This document shows, piece after piece, positions 38,469 to 47,906 of a DNA stretch of 57,742 nt (the stretch's first letter is position 1; every line of letters begins with the position of its first letter). The stretch is from an uncultured Flavobacteriales bacterium (lineage in GTDB: Bacteria; Bacteroidota; Bacteroidia; Flavobacteriales; BACL11): contig CAJWRW010000004.1 of the NCBI GenBank assembly GCA_913046315.1, positions 1 to 57,742 of the forward strand. Direction: 5' to 3'. Below the pieces are notes generated by a model. It saw only the letters and a program-made list of their open reading frames with translations, did no database searches and was not told the DNA's origin. The translations under genes were made by a program, and so were the position numbers.

Positions 38469-41246
38469 ATGACTAAAAAAGCAGACAATACACACAAAAA
38501 CATCATAATAAAGAGCGCGAAATTACACAACTTAAAAAATATCTCTTTAAACATCCCAAAGAATAAGATGGTCGTAATTTCTGGTGTTTCGGGGAGTGGA
38601 AAATCGACACTAGCTTTTGATACACTTTTTGCAGAAGGACAAAGAAGATACATTGAAAGCCTATCATCTTACGCTAGGCAATTTTTAGGGAAACTACAAA
38701 AACCAGATGTAGATGAAATAAAAGGAATTTGTCCTGCAATTGCAATAGAGCAAAAAGTAATCTCTAAAAATCCGAGATCCACAGTTGGTACAACAACAGA
38801 AATAAATGATTATTTAAAATTATTATTTGCCAGAATTGGCAAAACCTACTCTCCTATTTCTGGAAAAGAGGTGAAAAAAGATAGCGTAAGTGATGTATGT
38901 GATTTTATTTTTAAACAAGCAAAAAATAGCAAATGCGTCATTTTAGCCAATTATAAGAGCAGTAATGAAAATGATATTCTTTCTGTTTTGCAGCAACAAG
39001 GTTTTTCAAGGGTGCGAATTGAAGGAAAAATCAGCAAAATTCAATCATTAATTAGAGAAGAAGTAAAAGTGAAAAAAGAGGATGTTTTGGTGGTAATAGA
39101 TAGGCTAGTAAATGAGAGTAATCAAGAGAATATAAATAGGATATCTGACTCAGTACAAACAGCATTTTATGAGGGAGATGGAAAATGTTTAATAGACATT
39201 GAGGGAAAAGATTACGCTTTCTCAAATAGGTTTGAACTTGATGGAATCGAATTTGAAAAACCTTCAACACATCTATTTTCCTTTAATAATCCTTATGGTG
39301 CTTGTAAAAAATGTGAAGGCTTTGGCAGTATATTAGGGATAGATAAAAACAAGGTAGTCCGTAATAAAACGCTTTCTGTTTTTCAAGGTGCAATAAGCTG
39401 CTGGAAAGGAGAAAAATTAGCAAAATGGAAAGATCGTTTTATACTGAGGGCCAGTCAATTTGACTTTCCAATTCATAGGCCATATAATGAGTTAAACAAG
39501 GATGAATTGGAGATTGTATGGAATGGAAAGGGGAAATGCAAAGGTGTAAATCAGTTTTTTAGCAAGTTAGAGAGTGATAAGTATAAAATTCAAAACAGGG
39601 TACTGATTGCCAGATACAGAGGTAAAGCAAAATGCACAGCATGTGGAGGCTCTAGATTAAGGGAAGATGCAGAATATGTAAAAATAAAGAATACCTCTTT
39701 CTCAGAAATAACAAATATGAGTATTGAAAATGCTCTACAATTCTTCAATAAGTTAAAGCTGAATGAAGTGGAAAAGAAGATTGCTGAAAGACTAACAATG
39801 GAAATAAGAAATAGGCTAACTTTTTTAGCCAATGTAGGGCTTTCGTATCTTACACTTGCAAGACCTTCAAATAGCCTATCAGGTGGGGAATCGCAAAGGA
39901 TTAATTTAGCCACTTCATTAGGCAGTAGTTTGATAGGATCTATGTATATACTAGATGAACCAAGTATTGGCTTGCACCCAAATGACACACAAAAGCTGAT
40001 AAAAGTATTGCATCAGTTAAGGGATATAAAAAATACGGTAATTGTGGTGGAGCATGATGAGGAAATTATGGAAAGTGCCGATCAGATTATTGACTTAGGA
40101 CCAGAGGCGGGCAGAAATGGAGGCGAATTGGTGTATCAAGGAGAGTTGAAAAATATAGGGGAAAGCTCAAGCAGCTTAACAGGAAAATATTTAGCTGGAA
40201 ATATGAAAATTCCATCTCCTGATGAAAGAAGAAATTGGAATGATAAAATCACTTTGAGTGGCATCAATCAGCATAATTTACAAAACATTGATGTTGAGTT
40301 TCCGCTTAATTGCTTAACTGTTATTTGTGGGGTGAGCGGATCGGGAAAAACCTCACTCATAAAGCAAGTGCTTTACCCTGCAATAGCAAATAAATTTGGC
40401 ATATATGGCAAAAAGTCTGGTGGTTTTGATCAATTGACAATAAGCACTGAAAAACTCAAATCAGTAGAATTTATTGACCAAAACCCTATTGGAAAATCTT
40501 CTCGTTCTAATCCTGTAACTTACATTAAAGCTTTTGATGATATAAGAAATTTGTTTGCTGGCCTTACACTTTCAAAAAACAGAAACTATAAGAGTGGCTT
40601 TTTCTCTTTTAATGTTGATGGTGGAAGATGCGAGCATTGCCATGGTGAAGGAGAAGTGACTGTTGAAATGCAATTTATGGCAGATGTGCATTTGCTTTGC
40701 GAACATTGCAAAGGGCAAAGGTATAAAGAGGAAATATTAGAAGTAAAGTTCCATGACAAAAATATTGCTGATATTTTAAGCTTAACAATAGATGAAGCAA
40801 TAGCCTTTTTTAGCGCACATGATGCTGAAAAAATTGCTGCAAAATTACTACCACTACAAAAAGTAGGATTGGGCTATGTGGCATTAGGGCAATCCTCCAA
40901 CACACTTAGTGGTGGAGAAGCACAAAGAATAAAGTTAGCCTACTTTTTAGGAAAAGGAGATAGTGCTGAAAAAGTACTATTTATATTTGATGAACCCACA
41001 ACTGGTTTACATTTTCATGATATTAATAAATTACTTAATTCCTTTTATGCCCTGCTTGAGAAAGGACATTCTATTATTTGTATTGAACATAATATGGATG
41101 TAATAAAATGTGCCGATTGGATTATTGACTTAGGACCAGAAGGTGGAGATAAAGGAGGAAAAGTAATGTTTGCTGGCAGCCCAGAGGATTTGGTAAAAAA
41201 CAAAAAATCTTTAACAGCTAAATATTTGAGAAAGAAACTCAATTAA
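38469..41246 (+). CDS. uvrA: Excinuclease ABC subunit A
   Basis: HNLKN, two GVSGSGK Walker A motifs, two LSGGE signatures, Zn fingers; start ATG 38469. Confidence 0.97.
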   Translation: MTKKADNTHKNIIIKSAKLHNLKNISLNIPKNKMVVISGVSGSGKSTLAFDTLFAEGQRRYIESLSSYARQFLGKLQKPDVDEIKGICPAIAIEQKVISKNPRSTVGTTTEINDYLKLLFARIGKTYSPISGKEVKKDSVSDVCDFIFKQAKNSKCVILANYKSSNENDILSVLQQQGFSRVRIEGKISKIQSLIREEVKVKKEDVLVVIDRLVNESNQENINRISDSVQTAFYEGDGKCLIDIEGKDYAFSNRFELDGIEFEKPSTHLFSFNNPYGACKKCEGFGSILGIDKNKVVRNKTLSVFQGAISCWKGEKLAKWKDRFILRASQFDFPIHRPYNELNKDELEIVWNGKGKCKGVNQFFSKLESDKYKIQNRVLIARYRGKAKCTACGGSRLREDAEYVKIKNTSFSEITNMSIENALQFFNKLKLNEVEKKIAERLTMEIRNRLTFLANVGLSYLTLARPSNSLSGGESQRINLATSLGSSLIGSMYILDEPSIGLHPNDTQKLIKVLHQLRDIKNTVIVVEHDEEIMESADQIIDLGPEAGRNGGELVYQGELKNIGESSSSLTGKYLAGNMKIPSPDERRNWNDKITLSGINQHNLQNIDVEFPLNCLTVICGVSGSGKTSLIKQVLYPAIANKFGIYGKKSGGFDQLTISTEKLKSVEFIDQNPIGKSSRSNPVTYIKAFDDIRNLFAGLTLSKNRNYKSGFFSFNVDGGRCEHCHGEGEVTVEMQFMADVHLLCEHCKGQRYKEEILEVKFHDKNIADILSLTIDEAIAFFSAHDAEKIAAKLLPLQKVGLGYVALGQSSNTLSGGEAQRIKLAYFLGKGDSAEKVLFIFDEPTTGLHFHDINKLLNSFYALLEKGHSIICIEHNMDVIKCADWIIDLGPEGGDKGGKVMFAGSPEDLVKNKKSLTAKYLRKKLN

Positions 41247-41349
41247 TATAATTATTGGTTTCTTTTATGGGATTATTGAGAAGTTGAATAGGCTTATCGG
41301 CTTGTTTAATAGGGTTATCAAGTTATTGAATTTTATTATAGTAAATAGC
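41245..41349. repeat. Degenerate 21-bp tandem array (5 units) between convergent genes
   Basis: TTAT recurs at 41252, 41273, 41294, 41315 and 41336; best units AATAGGCTTATCGGCTTGTTT and AATAGGGTTATCAAGTTATTG. Confidence 0.65.
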
Positions 41350-41358
41350 TAGCCTGAG

Positions 41359-41769
41359 CTATTTGGAATCTAAAAAAGATTGTAAAATAATTGCAGCACT
41401 TACTTTATCTACAACTCCCTTATCTCTTCTTTTCATCTTTTTTGTTCCAGCAGCCAAAATGCTTTGCTTAGCCATTTTGGAAGTAAAGCGTTCGTCAACG
41501 CTTTTGATACTTATATCAGGGTGATTTTTAGTAAATTTTGCTACAAAATCTGCTGTAATTTTTGTACTATCAGTTTGGCTGCCATCTAAATTTTTGGGCT
41601 CACCAACTACTATGCAATTAATTTCTTCCTTTACAAATAAATCTTTTAGAAATGTAAAAATCTCATGAGCATGTACAGTACAAAGTGGGGAAGCAATTAT
41701 TTGTGTAGTATCAGAAATGGCAATACCAATACGCTTTTTCCCATAATCAATACCAATGACTTTTGCCAC
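41359..41769 (-). CDS. ruvX: YqgF/RuvX RNase H-fold nuclease
   Basis: GIDYGKKRIGIA, VVGEP, DERFTS, D..SAAIILQ; GTG start. Confidence 0.96.
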   Translation of the reverse strand: MAKVIGIDYGKKRIGIAISDTTQIIASPLCTVHAHEIFTFLKDLFVKEEINCIVVGEPKNLDGSQTDSTKITADFVAKFTKNHPDISIKSVDERFTSKMAKQSILAAGTKKMKRRDKGVVDKVSAAIILQSFLDSK

Positions 41770-44700
41770 TATTGCTTTACTATTTGATAAGTTATATAAT
41801 CTGCCTCAATAAAATAAGTGCCAGCAGAAAAATCGGACAAATCAAATACCCAATCTTTTCCACTTATTGTTGCTGATTTTATCAACTTTCCATTGATATC
41901 ACTAATTTGTATCTGATGCTTTTTTTCATCAGCAAATGAAATGCTAAAGCTTCCCATAGTAGGATTTGGATACAACTTTATGCTTGCAGTAGTTTCATCA
42001 ATTGCAGAAGTATTAATTGCAATAGCAGGAAATACAATATAATCAATAAAGGCACAATCTTGCCCGCTTGACCAATTGCCATCTTTATCGTACTCCCATT
42101 TGAATGTATTTTGCCCCAACCCTACTGGATATGTAGCCAAAGCCCAAGGTATATTGCCAGACCATTCCGCAATTTTAGCGCCATTTATTTTGAATTTCAA
42201 ATAATCGTAATCTTGCTCAGAAGAAACAGAATAATAAAAAGAAATATCGCCAGCAGCAAGTACATTTACATCAATATAGAGTTCTGATTCCTCACCATCT
42301 GGCAAACCATCAAAAGAACTGCTACAATAAGTACCCTCATAAGGCAACACACTATCTATACTCCAAGGGAAATTATTGTGCGTCCAAGCATAATTGGTGA
42401 AATTACCTAGCTCATAATCTTCATCAATAATACCAACTACATCAGAAAAAGTAAACGAGTAGATATAATTACCATCTCCTATATCGAAAAGAAATTGCGC
42501 CAAAGTTCCCATAGGCGTTAGTGCATCAATACTAATAGTAAATACTGTATTTGCATATTGATTGGTATTCAAATTATTGATATTCACTGAAGAAGATGTT
42601 ACATTTATAAAAGGACTTGGGGTAGCAATGTTAGCAACTAAATTACTGATATCCGAATGCCCAGAATTTACAGCTTCCACCACCAAATCTACTGTTTCAC
42701 CAGCATCTAGCTTTCCATTTCCATTTCCAGATGTTGCATCATCAATAGTAAAACTGATGTGTCCTAATAAAGGTGCATTCAATACCATTTGGATATAAGA
42801 AGTCCAAATATTGCCGCTTGCATCAGAAATGTCTAACTGAAATTGTACTTGATGCTGATCTGGTACATTGTTATCAACTGTAAAAGTAAAAGCATTGCTA
42901 ATATTAGTAGTTTGGTTAGCCGTTACAATTGAAGTAAAATCAAGACTATCGGTAATGGCAATATACTGATTGTTGCTGCTTAATTTGGCGCTTACATTAT
43001 TGGCATCAACTGAGCCTAAATTTTGCAAATCGACATCTAAATGAATCAGTTCCGCATAATCTACCAATCCGTTATTATTGCCAAAACTATCATCAATAAA
43101 ATAGTTAGGGCAAATTACAAATGGCGCATTAGTAGTAATTACTGAAACTGTGCCTATATATGGCTGGCGGAACTGCTTAGTAACCACAACATCAGCAGTA
43201 CCCAAATTGGCAAAAGGCGGAAAGTTTAATGTAACCATACCGCTCGGCCCTACCAGCTGAGCATCAAGCAACACTCCATTCATACTTATTGCTGCATAAG
43301 CATGTTCTTCTGCAGTAATGCTTAAAGATGAAGTACCTATAGGAACAGCCGAAAAATGAGAAATGTTCATGGCTTGTGGCTGACCAAAATAAGGCATCAA
43401 AGATGGATCCCCCATAAGGTGATAAATTTCCCAATAATACTGCTCTGAACCTCCTGCTTGAGTTACAGCTAAGTTTCCTGAATGAATCATTTGCCCTTGG
43501 CTAATAAACCAATCTGCTTGCTGTTCTCCATTTACGTGCCAAATACAATCGAAAACCCCTAAACCAGTTTGCGCATAAGTAGGATTGCTAGGTGGAGGTA
43601 TAGTACCACTACCTACTCCCCACCAATAATCTTCATCCCAATAGGTGTTATTACTACCACCAATATAGCCTACAGCTCCTTTATTATCAGCTCTTAAAAG
43701 GGCTTCTCCAAAACACTCTGGTACATCAAATTTATTCGATTGGCAACAGTTTCCAATGAGTAAGCCGTATTCGTTATTATTCTGCAATGAAGGAATATCA
43801 GAAGTAGAAAAACTAGGATCGGACCAACCAGAAGAACCGCAATGAGCCGTATAATTTGCAAAGCCAACTCCCCCACTCACATCAGCAATAATGGCAGCAG
43901 AAGCCCCTGGCATATCAGATGTGATTGGGCTTCCTGAACCATACAAATAAGTATAAGAAGTTAAACCATGATTGCTATTGTAATAATTATCCGTGCCATA
44001 ATTGATATGCCCATTCCCATAGGTTGGCGCCATTGAAGCATCAACTCCTGCCACCATCAGAACCTCATCTAAATAGGCAGGATTTGGCATGGTATATTTT
44101 TCGTACTCTAATGTTTTTAGGATTTGAGAAGTTAACTGCTCGGGAACAGTAGCTGAAAATCTACCAAAATACATTTCAGGATAAAAATCACCCCCCCCAT
44201 CAAACTCACAATAGTACATATCTGAAATATGAGAACCTGTACTACCGTTAAATGAAGGTACTTGAGCCTGATCTCCGACAATAAGTAAATATGTAGGTGC
44301 TGGATCATTTGTAGTTGCATTATCGTACATATTTTTGATAAATGCTTTAATAGTAGATGTTGTATTACCAACAAGCGGATCGTTTGTATAGCCCTCAACA
44401 ACCAAAAATCCTTTTTTGGTTTTCCACTCTACAAATGGTTGCAAAATGCTTTGAAACATAGGATCGGAAATAATTACATATTTTACTGGATAAGTGGTAA
44501 TTACATCCTTTTCTGGAAGTGGTAAATAATTTACAAATTGTTTAAATTGATGCTCAAAATTTGGATTGAAATACCTTTTTCTGATGGATAAATCTGCTAC
44601 TAAATCAGCATCTTTAAATAGTACTTTCGCTTCAATTTTTGTGATAATCTTCAGCTGGTTTGTGACAGGGTTGTAACTAAATGGAGAGATGTTTAATCGA

Positions 44701-45209
44701 GCAATTTGCTGTCCTCTGATTTTTCCCAGCACATCAATCTTTACTTTAGGATTTTCATTAAACTGATTGTTATTGTAATAGCCCCTATCCCAAATAAAAG
44801 GAACTTTCTCAGCATCATCTGCTTTTGAAATGGATGGCTGATTAGGGAAAACTGCATGTGCAATGCCATAATCAGATAAAGAGATGCTTTCCTCATGCAG
44901 TTGTATGATTTTTACAATCGCCTCTGCTCCAAAAGGAATCCTAAAAAGTTTTTTTAAAACTGGTAACTCTGCCTTTCCATAATCTGCATTGGTTGCATAT
45001 CCGTTTACAATGAGTTTTTGAAAAACACCCTCTTTAGTTTTAATGTGCTTTATGCTTAGTTCTGAAACACTATTCAGAAATTCAAATTCAGTTGCAGATT
45101 TATTAATGATTTCAAAGTAATTATTTTCTTCATTCAGCCTTATTTGTTGAGCAAAAATGGAAAAGGAAAGAATAAATAATAGTGTAAAAAGCAGAAGATG
45201 TTTATTCAT
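41769..45209 (-). CDS. C25 (gingipain K-like) cysteine peptidase with propeptide, Ig-like modules and T9SS type-A CTD
   Basis: WKTKKG, LIVGD, SDMYY, YTAH (His), GNCC (Cys), YHLMGDPS; LYPNP...GTYFI...IVKQ. Confidence 0.92.
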   Translation of the reverse strand: MNKHLLLFTLLFILSFSIFAQQIRLNEENNYFEIINKSATEFEFLNSVSELSIKHIKTKEGVFQKLIVNGYATNADYGKAELPVLKKLFRIPFGAEAIVKIIQLHEESISLSDYGIAHAVFPNQPSISKADDAEKVPFIWDRGYYNNNQFNENPKVKIDVLGKIRGQQIARLNISPFSYNPVTNQLKIITKIEAKVLFKDADLVADLSIRKRYFNPNFEHQFKQFVNYLPLPEKDVITTYPVKYVIISDPMFQSILQPFVEWKTKKGFLVVEGYTNDPLVGNTTSTIKAFIKNMYDNATTNDPAPTYLLIVGDQAQVPSFNGSTGSHISDMYYCEFDGGGDFYPEMYFGRFSATVPEQLTSQILKTLEYEKYTMPNPAYLDEVLMVAGVDASMAPTYGNGHINYGTDNYYNSNHGLTSYTYLYGSGSPITSDMPGASAAIIADVSGGVGFANYTAHCGSSGWSDPSFSTSDIPSLQNNNEYGLLIGNCCQSNKFDVPECFGEALLRADNKGAVGYIGGSNNTYWDEDYWWGVGSGTIPPPSNPTYAQTGLGVFDCIWHVNGEQQADWFISQGQMIHSGNLAVTQAGGSEQYYWEIYHLMGDPSLMPYFGQPQAMNISHFSAVPIGTSSLSITAEEHAYAAISMNGVLLDAQLVGPSGMVTLNFPPFANLGTADVVVTKQFRQPYIGTVSVITTNAPFVICPNYFIDDSFGNNNGLVDYAELIHLDVDLQNLGSVDANNVSAKLSSNNQYIAITDSLDFTSIVTANQTTNISNAFTFTVDNNVPDQHQVQFQLDISDASGNIWTSYIQMVLNAPLLGHISFTIDDATSGNGNGKLDAGETVDLVVEAVNSGHSDISNLVANIATPSPFINVTSSSVNINNLNTNQYANTVFTISIDALTPMGTLAQFLFDIGDGNYIYSFTFSDVVGIIDEDYELGNFTNYAWTHNNFPWSIDSVLPYEGTYCSSSFDGLPDGEESELYIDVNVLAAGDISFYYSVSSEQDYDYLKFKINGAKIAEWSGNIPWALATYPVGLGQNTFKWEYDKDGNWSSGQDCAFIDYIVFPAIAINTSAIDETTASIKLYPNPTMGSFSISFADEKKHQIQISDINGKLIKSATISGKDWVFDLSDFSAGTYFIEADYITYQIVKQ

Positions 45210-45340
45210 ACCTATTGTTTTGCGACAAATTTACGAAAATAAACAGCAAATGCTTTCTTTTAATTTTAACATCTTACTTGTCCTAAAAACTACTACATTT
45301 TAATTTATATTTGCTATTTTAAAGATTATTACATTAATTA

Positions 45341-45348
45341 TATCTTTG
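45341..45348 (+). promoter_or_regulatory. -7 promoter element 4 nt before the dapD ATG
   Basis: TATCTTTG-TCGT-ATG. Confidence 0.6.
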
Positions 45349-45352
45349 TCGT

Positions 45353-46168
45353 ATGAATAATATGCAAGAAATAATTGAAGCAGCATGGAAAGACCGCTTA
45401 CTTCTAAAAGATAGTAAAGTCATTAATTGTATTAATGAAGTAATTGAAGCAATTGACAAAGGAGAATTGCGAACAGCAGAACCAACAGCTGATGGCTGGC
45501 AAGTAAATGATTGGGTAAAAAAAGCGGTAATTCTTTATTTTCCCATAAGAGAAATGGAAACTTATGAAGTTGGCCCTTTGGAATTTCATGACAAAATGAA
45601 ACTTAAAAGTGGTTATGCCGAATTAGGTGTTCGTGTTGTTCCACATGCTATTGCGCGTTATGGTTCTTACCTAGCTCCTGGCGTTATTATGATGCCATGT
45701 TATGTAAATATTGGTGCTTATGTAGATAGTGGAAGCATGGTGGATACTTGGGCAACTGTTGGAAGTTGTGCGCAAATAGGAAAAAATGTACACCTTTCTG
45801 GTGGTGTTGGTATTGGAGGTGTTTTAGAGCCAATTCAGGGCGCTCCTGTAATTATTGAAGATAATGCTTTTATTGGCTCTCGTTCTATAGTAGTTGAAGG
45901 AGTTAAAGTTGAGCAAGAAGCAGTGCTTGGCGCTAATGTGGTGCTTACTGCATCAACTAAAATAATTGATGTAAGTAAAAATGAGCCGAAAGAATACAAA
46001 CAAGTTGTTCCAGCGCGGTCGGTTGTAATTCCAGGTACATATAATAAAAAATTCCCGGCTGGCGATTATGGTGTTTCTTGCGCCTTAATTATAGGAAAAC
46101 GAAAAGAAAGCACGGATAAGAAAACATCATTGAACGAGGCGCTAAGAACATATAATGTTGCTTTTTAA
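45353..46168 (+). CDS. dapD: Tetrahydrodipicolinate N-succinyltransferase
   Basis: WVKKAV.LYF, RVVP, VDTWATVGSCAQIG, GGVLEP. Confidence 0.96.
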   Translation: MNNMQEIIEAAWKDRLLLKDSKVINCINEVIEAIDKGELRTAEPTADGWQVNDWVKKAVILYFPIREMETYEVGPLEFHDKMKLKSGYAELGVRVVPHAIARYGSYLAPGVIMMPCYVNIGAYVDSGSMVDTWATVGSCAQIGKNVHLSGGVGIGGVLEPIQGAPVIIEDNAFIGSRSIVVEGVKVEQEAVLGANVVLTASTKIIDVSKNEPKEYKQVVPARSVVIPGTYNKKFPAGDYGVSCALIIGKRKESTDKKTSLNEALRTYNVAF

Positions 46169-47137
46169 GTGAAATTTTTAATTATACAAACTGCATTTAT
46201 TGGAGATGTTATCCTGGCAACTCCTATTATTGAGAAACTCAATTCTTTTTTTTCAGCAGCTAAAATTGATTTTTTGCTAAGAAAAGGGAATGAAGGACTT
46301 TTAGAGAATCATCCAAAGATAAATAAGGTTTTAATTTGGGATAAGCAGAAAAATAAGCAGCAAAACTTATTTAGAATAATGCAAACTATAAGAAGTGAGC
46401 ATTATGATTATGTAATTAATCTGCAAAGATTTTTATCCACAGGACTACTTACAGCATTTTCTAAAGGAAAAACAATAATAGGGTTTAAAAAAAATCCTCT
46501 CTCAATGCTTTTTCATCAGAAAATAGAGCATAATATTAAGAAGGGAATACATGAAGTAAATAGAAATCTTAGCCTTATTGAAAATATTACGGATAATAAG
46601 ATCCAAAATCCAAAATTATATCCTACTGAAGCAGACTTCTCCTTTGTTGAGAAATATAAGAATGAACCTTATATCTGTATAGCGCCAACTTCTGTATGGT
46701 TTACGAAACAATTTCCAGCACAAAAATGGCTTGAACTTATCAATAAAGTAGACCAGAAAATTTATTTGATTGGCGGAAAAGAGGATTATAAAAAGTGTGC
46801 TGAGATTATAAGTAAATCAACAGCTCAAAAGATTGAAAGTTTGTGTGGAAAATTGACGCTACTAGAATCAGCTGCACTCATAAAAGATGCTGAAATGAAT
46901 TATGTGAATGATTCTGCACCCATGCATATTGCATCTGCTATGAATGCGTCAACTAGAGCTATTTATTGTTCTACAGTTCCTGACTTTGGGTTCGGGCCCC
47001 TATCAAGCCAATCAAAAGTTGTGCAGACAAAAGAACAATTAGATTGCAAGCCTTGTGGGCTTCATGGTTTAAAAGATTGCCCAAAAGGGCATTTTAAATG
47101 TGCTAGCACTATTGATGTTAATGAAATTATCGGATAA
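46169..47137 (+). CDS. GT9 glycosyltransferase (LPS heptosyltransferase family)
   Basis: QTAFIGDV.L.TP, L.G.LTL.ES, NDSAPMHIA, C.PC..HG...CP.GHF.C; GTG start. Confidence 0.92.
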   Translation: MKFLIIQTAFIGDVILATPIIEKLNSFFSAAKIDFLLRKGNEGLLENHPKINKVLIWDKQKNKQQNLFRIMQTIRSEHYDYVINLQRFLSTGLLTAFSKGKTIIGFKKNPLSMLFHQKIEHNIKKGIHEVNRNLSLIENITDNKIQNPKLYPTEADFSFVEKYKNEPYICIAPTSVWFTKQFPAQKWLELINKVDQKIYLIGGKEDYKKCAEIISKSTAQKIESLCGKLTLLESAALIKDAEMNYVNDSAPMHIASAMNASTRAIYCSTVPDFGFGPLSSQSKVVQTKEQLDCKPCGLHGLKDCPKGHFKCASTIDVNEIIG

Positions 47138-47138
47138 T

Positions 47139-47906
47139 ATGGAGAGGCTTACGGCAATCATACCTACTGGAAATGAAGAGCACAACATTGTAGATGCTAT
47201 AAAGTCGGTTGATTTTGCTGATGAGATTATGGTTGTAGATTCATTTAGCACCGACAATACCATCAAATTTGCCAAACCATTAGCTGACAAAATTTTACAA
47301 AGGGAATATGAGAATTCTGCATTACAAAAAAATTGGGCCATTCCTCAAGCGCAACATTCTTGGATTATATTAATTGATGCTGACGAAAGGATTACAAAAG
47401 AATTAAAAAACGAAATCATCAACATATTAAAAGAAGGGACAAAATACAGTGGGTTTTGGATAAAAAGAGAAAACTACTTTATGGAAAAAAGAGTTCGATT
47501 TAGCGGTTGGCAAGGAGATAGCGTAATTAGGCTATTCAAAAGGGATGAATGTAAATATGAGGACAAACATGTACATGCTGAGATTATTAGTAGTGGAAAA
47601 ATTGGAAATCTTAAACACAAATTAATTCACAATACATTTATAAGTAAGCAAGCTTATCTAAAAAAAATAGAACGCTATGCAAAATGGCAATCCAAAGATT
47701 ATGAGAAGAAAGTAACTTTAATAACTCCATATCACACCATTGCAAAACCAATTATAAGATTCATCAAGCACTATTTTTTTCAATTAGGCATATTAGATGG
47801 ATATGTCGGATTAATAATATCACTATATCAAGCAAAAGCTGTTAAATTACGCTACAAATACCTTAAAGAGCAGAGAAATGGAAAAGGAAATAAAAAAGGC
47901 TGTTGA
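47139..47906 (+). CDS. GT2 glycosyltransferase (WaaE/KdtX-like)
   Basis: NEE.NI, VVDSFSTD.T, QKNWA, IDADE, VHAE, GILDG..G; start ATG 47139. Confidence 0.9.
   Translation: MERLTAIIPTGNEEHNIVDAIKSVDFADEIMVVDSFSTDNTIKFAKPLADKILQREYENSALQKNWAIPQAQHSWIILIDADERITKELKNEIINILKEGTKYSGFWIKRENYFMEKRVRFSGWQGDSVIRLFKRDECKYEDKHVHAEIISSGKIGNLKHKLIHNTFISKQAYLKKIERYAKWQSKDYEKKVTLITPYHTIAKPIIRFIKHYFFQLGILDGYVGLIISLYQAKAVKLRYKYLKEQRNGKGNKKGC

Noticed and set aside
38372-38653. 93-aa antisense ORF over the uvrA 5' end, and similar short ORFs opposite or inside thrS, dapB, pyrB, mccB-like, GT and C25 genes
   Set aside because: Shadow ORFs fully or largely overlapping well-supported genes, with no recognisable motifs
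41245-41349. CRISPR or mini-array interpretation of the 21-bp repeats
   Set aside because: Units are contiguous and degenerate, with no repeat-spacer structure and no cas genes in the window
41242-41352. The 21-bp array read as a heptad-repeat peptide (NIIIGFF YGIIEKL NRLIGLF NRVIKLL NFIIVNS*)
   Set aside because: The frame is open but has no ATG/GTG/TTG near its 5' end and an in-frame TGA at 41227; treated as non-coding, though Ribo-seq would be needed to exclude it
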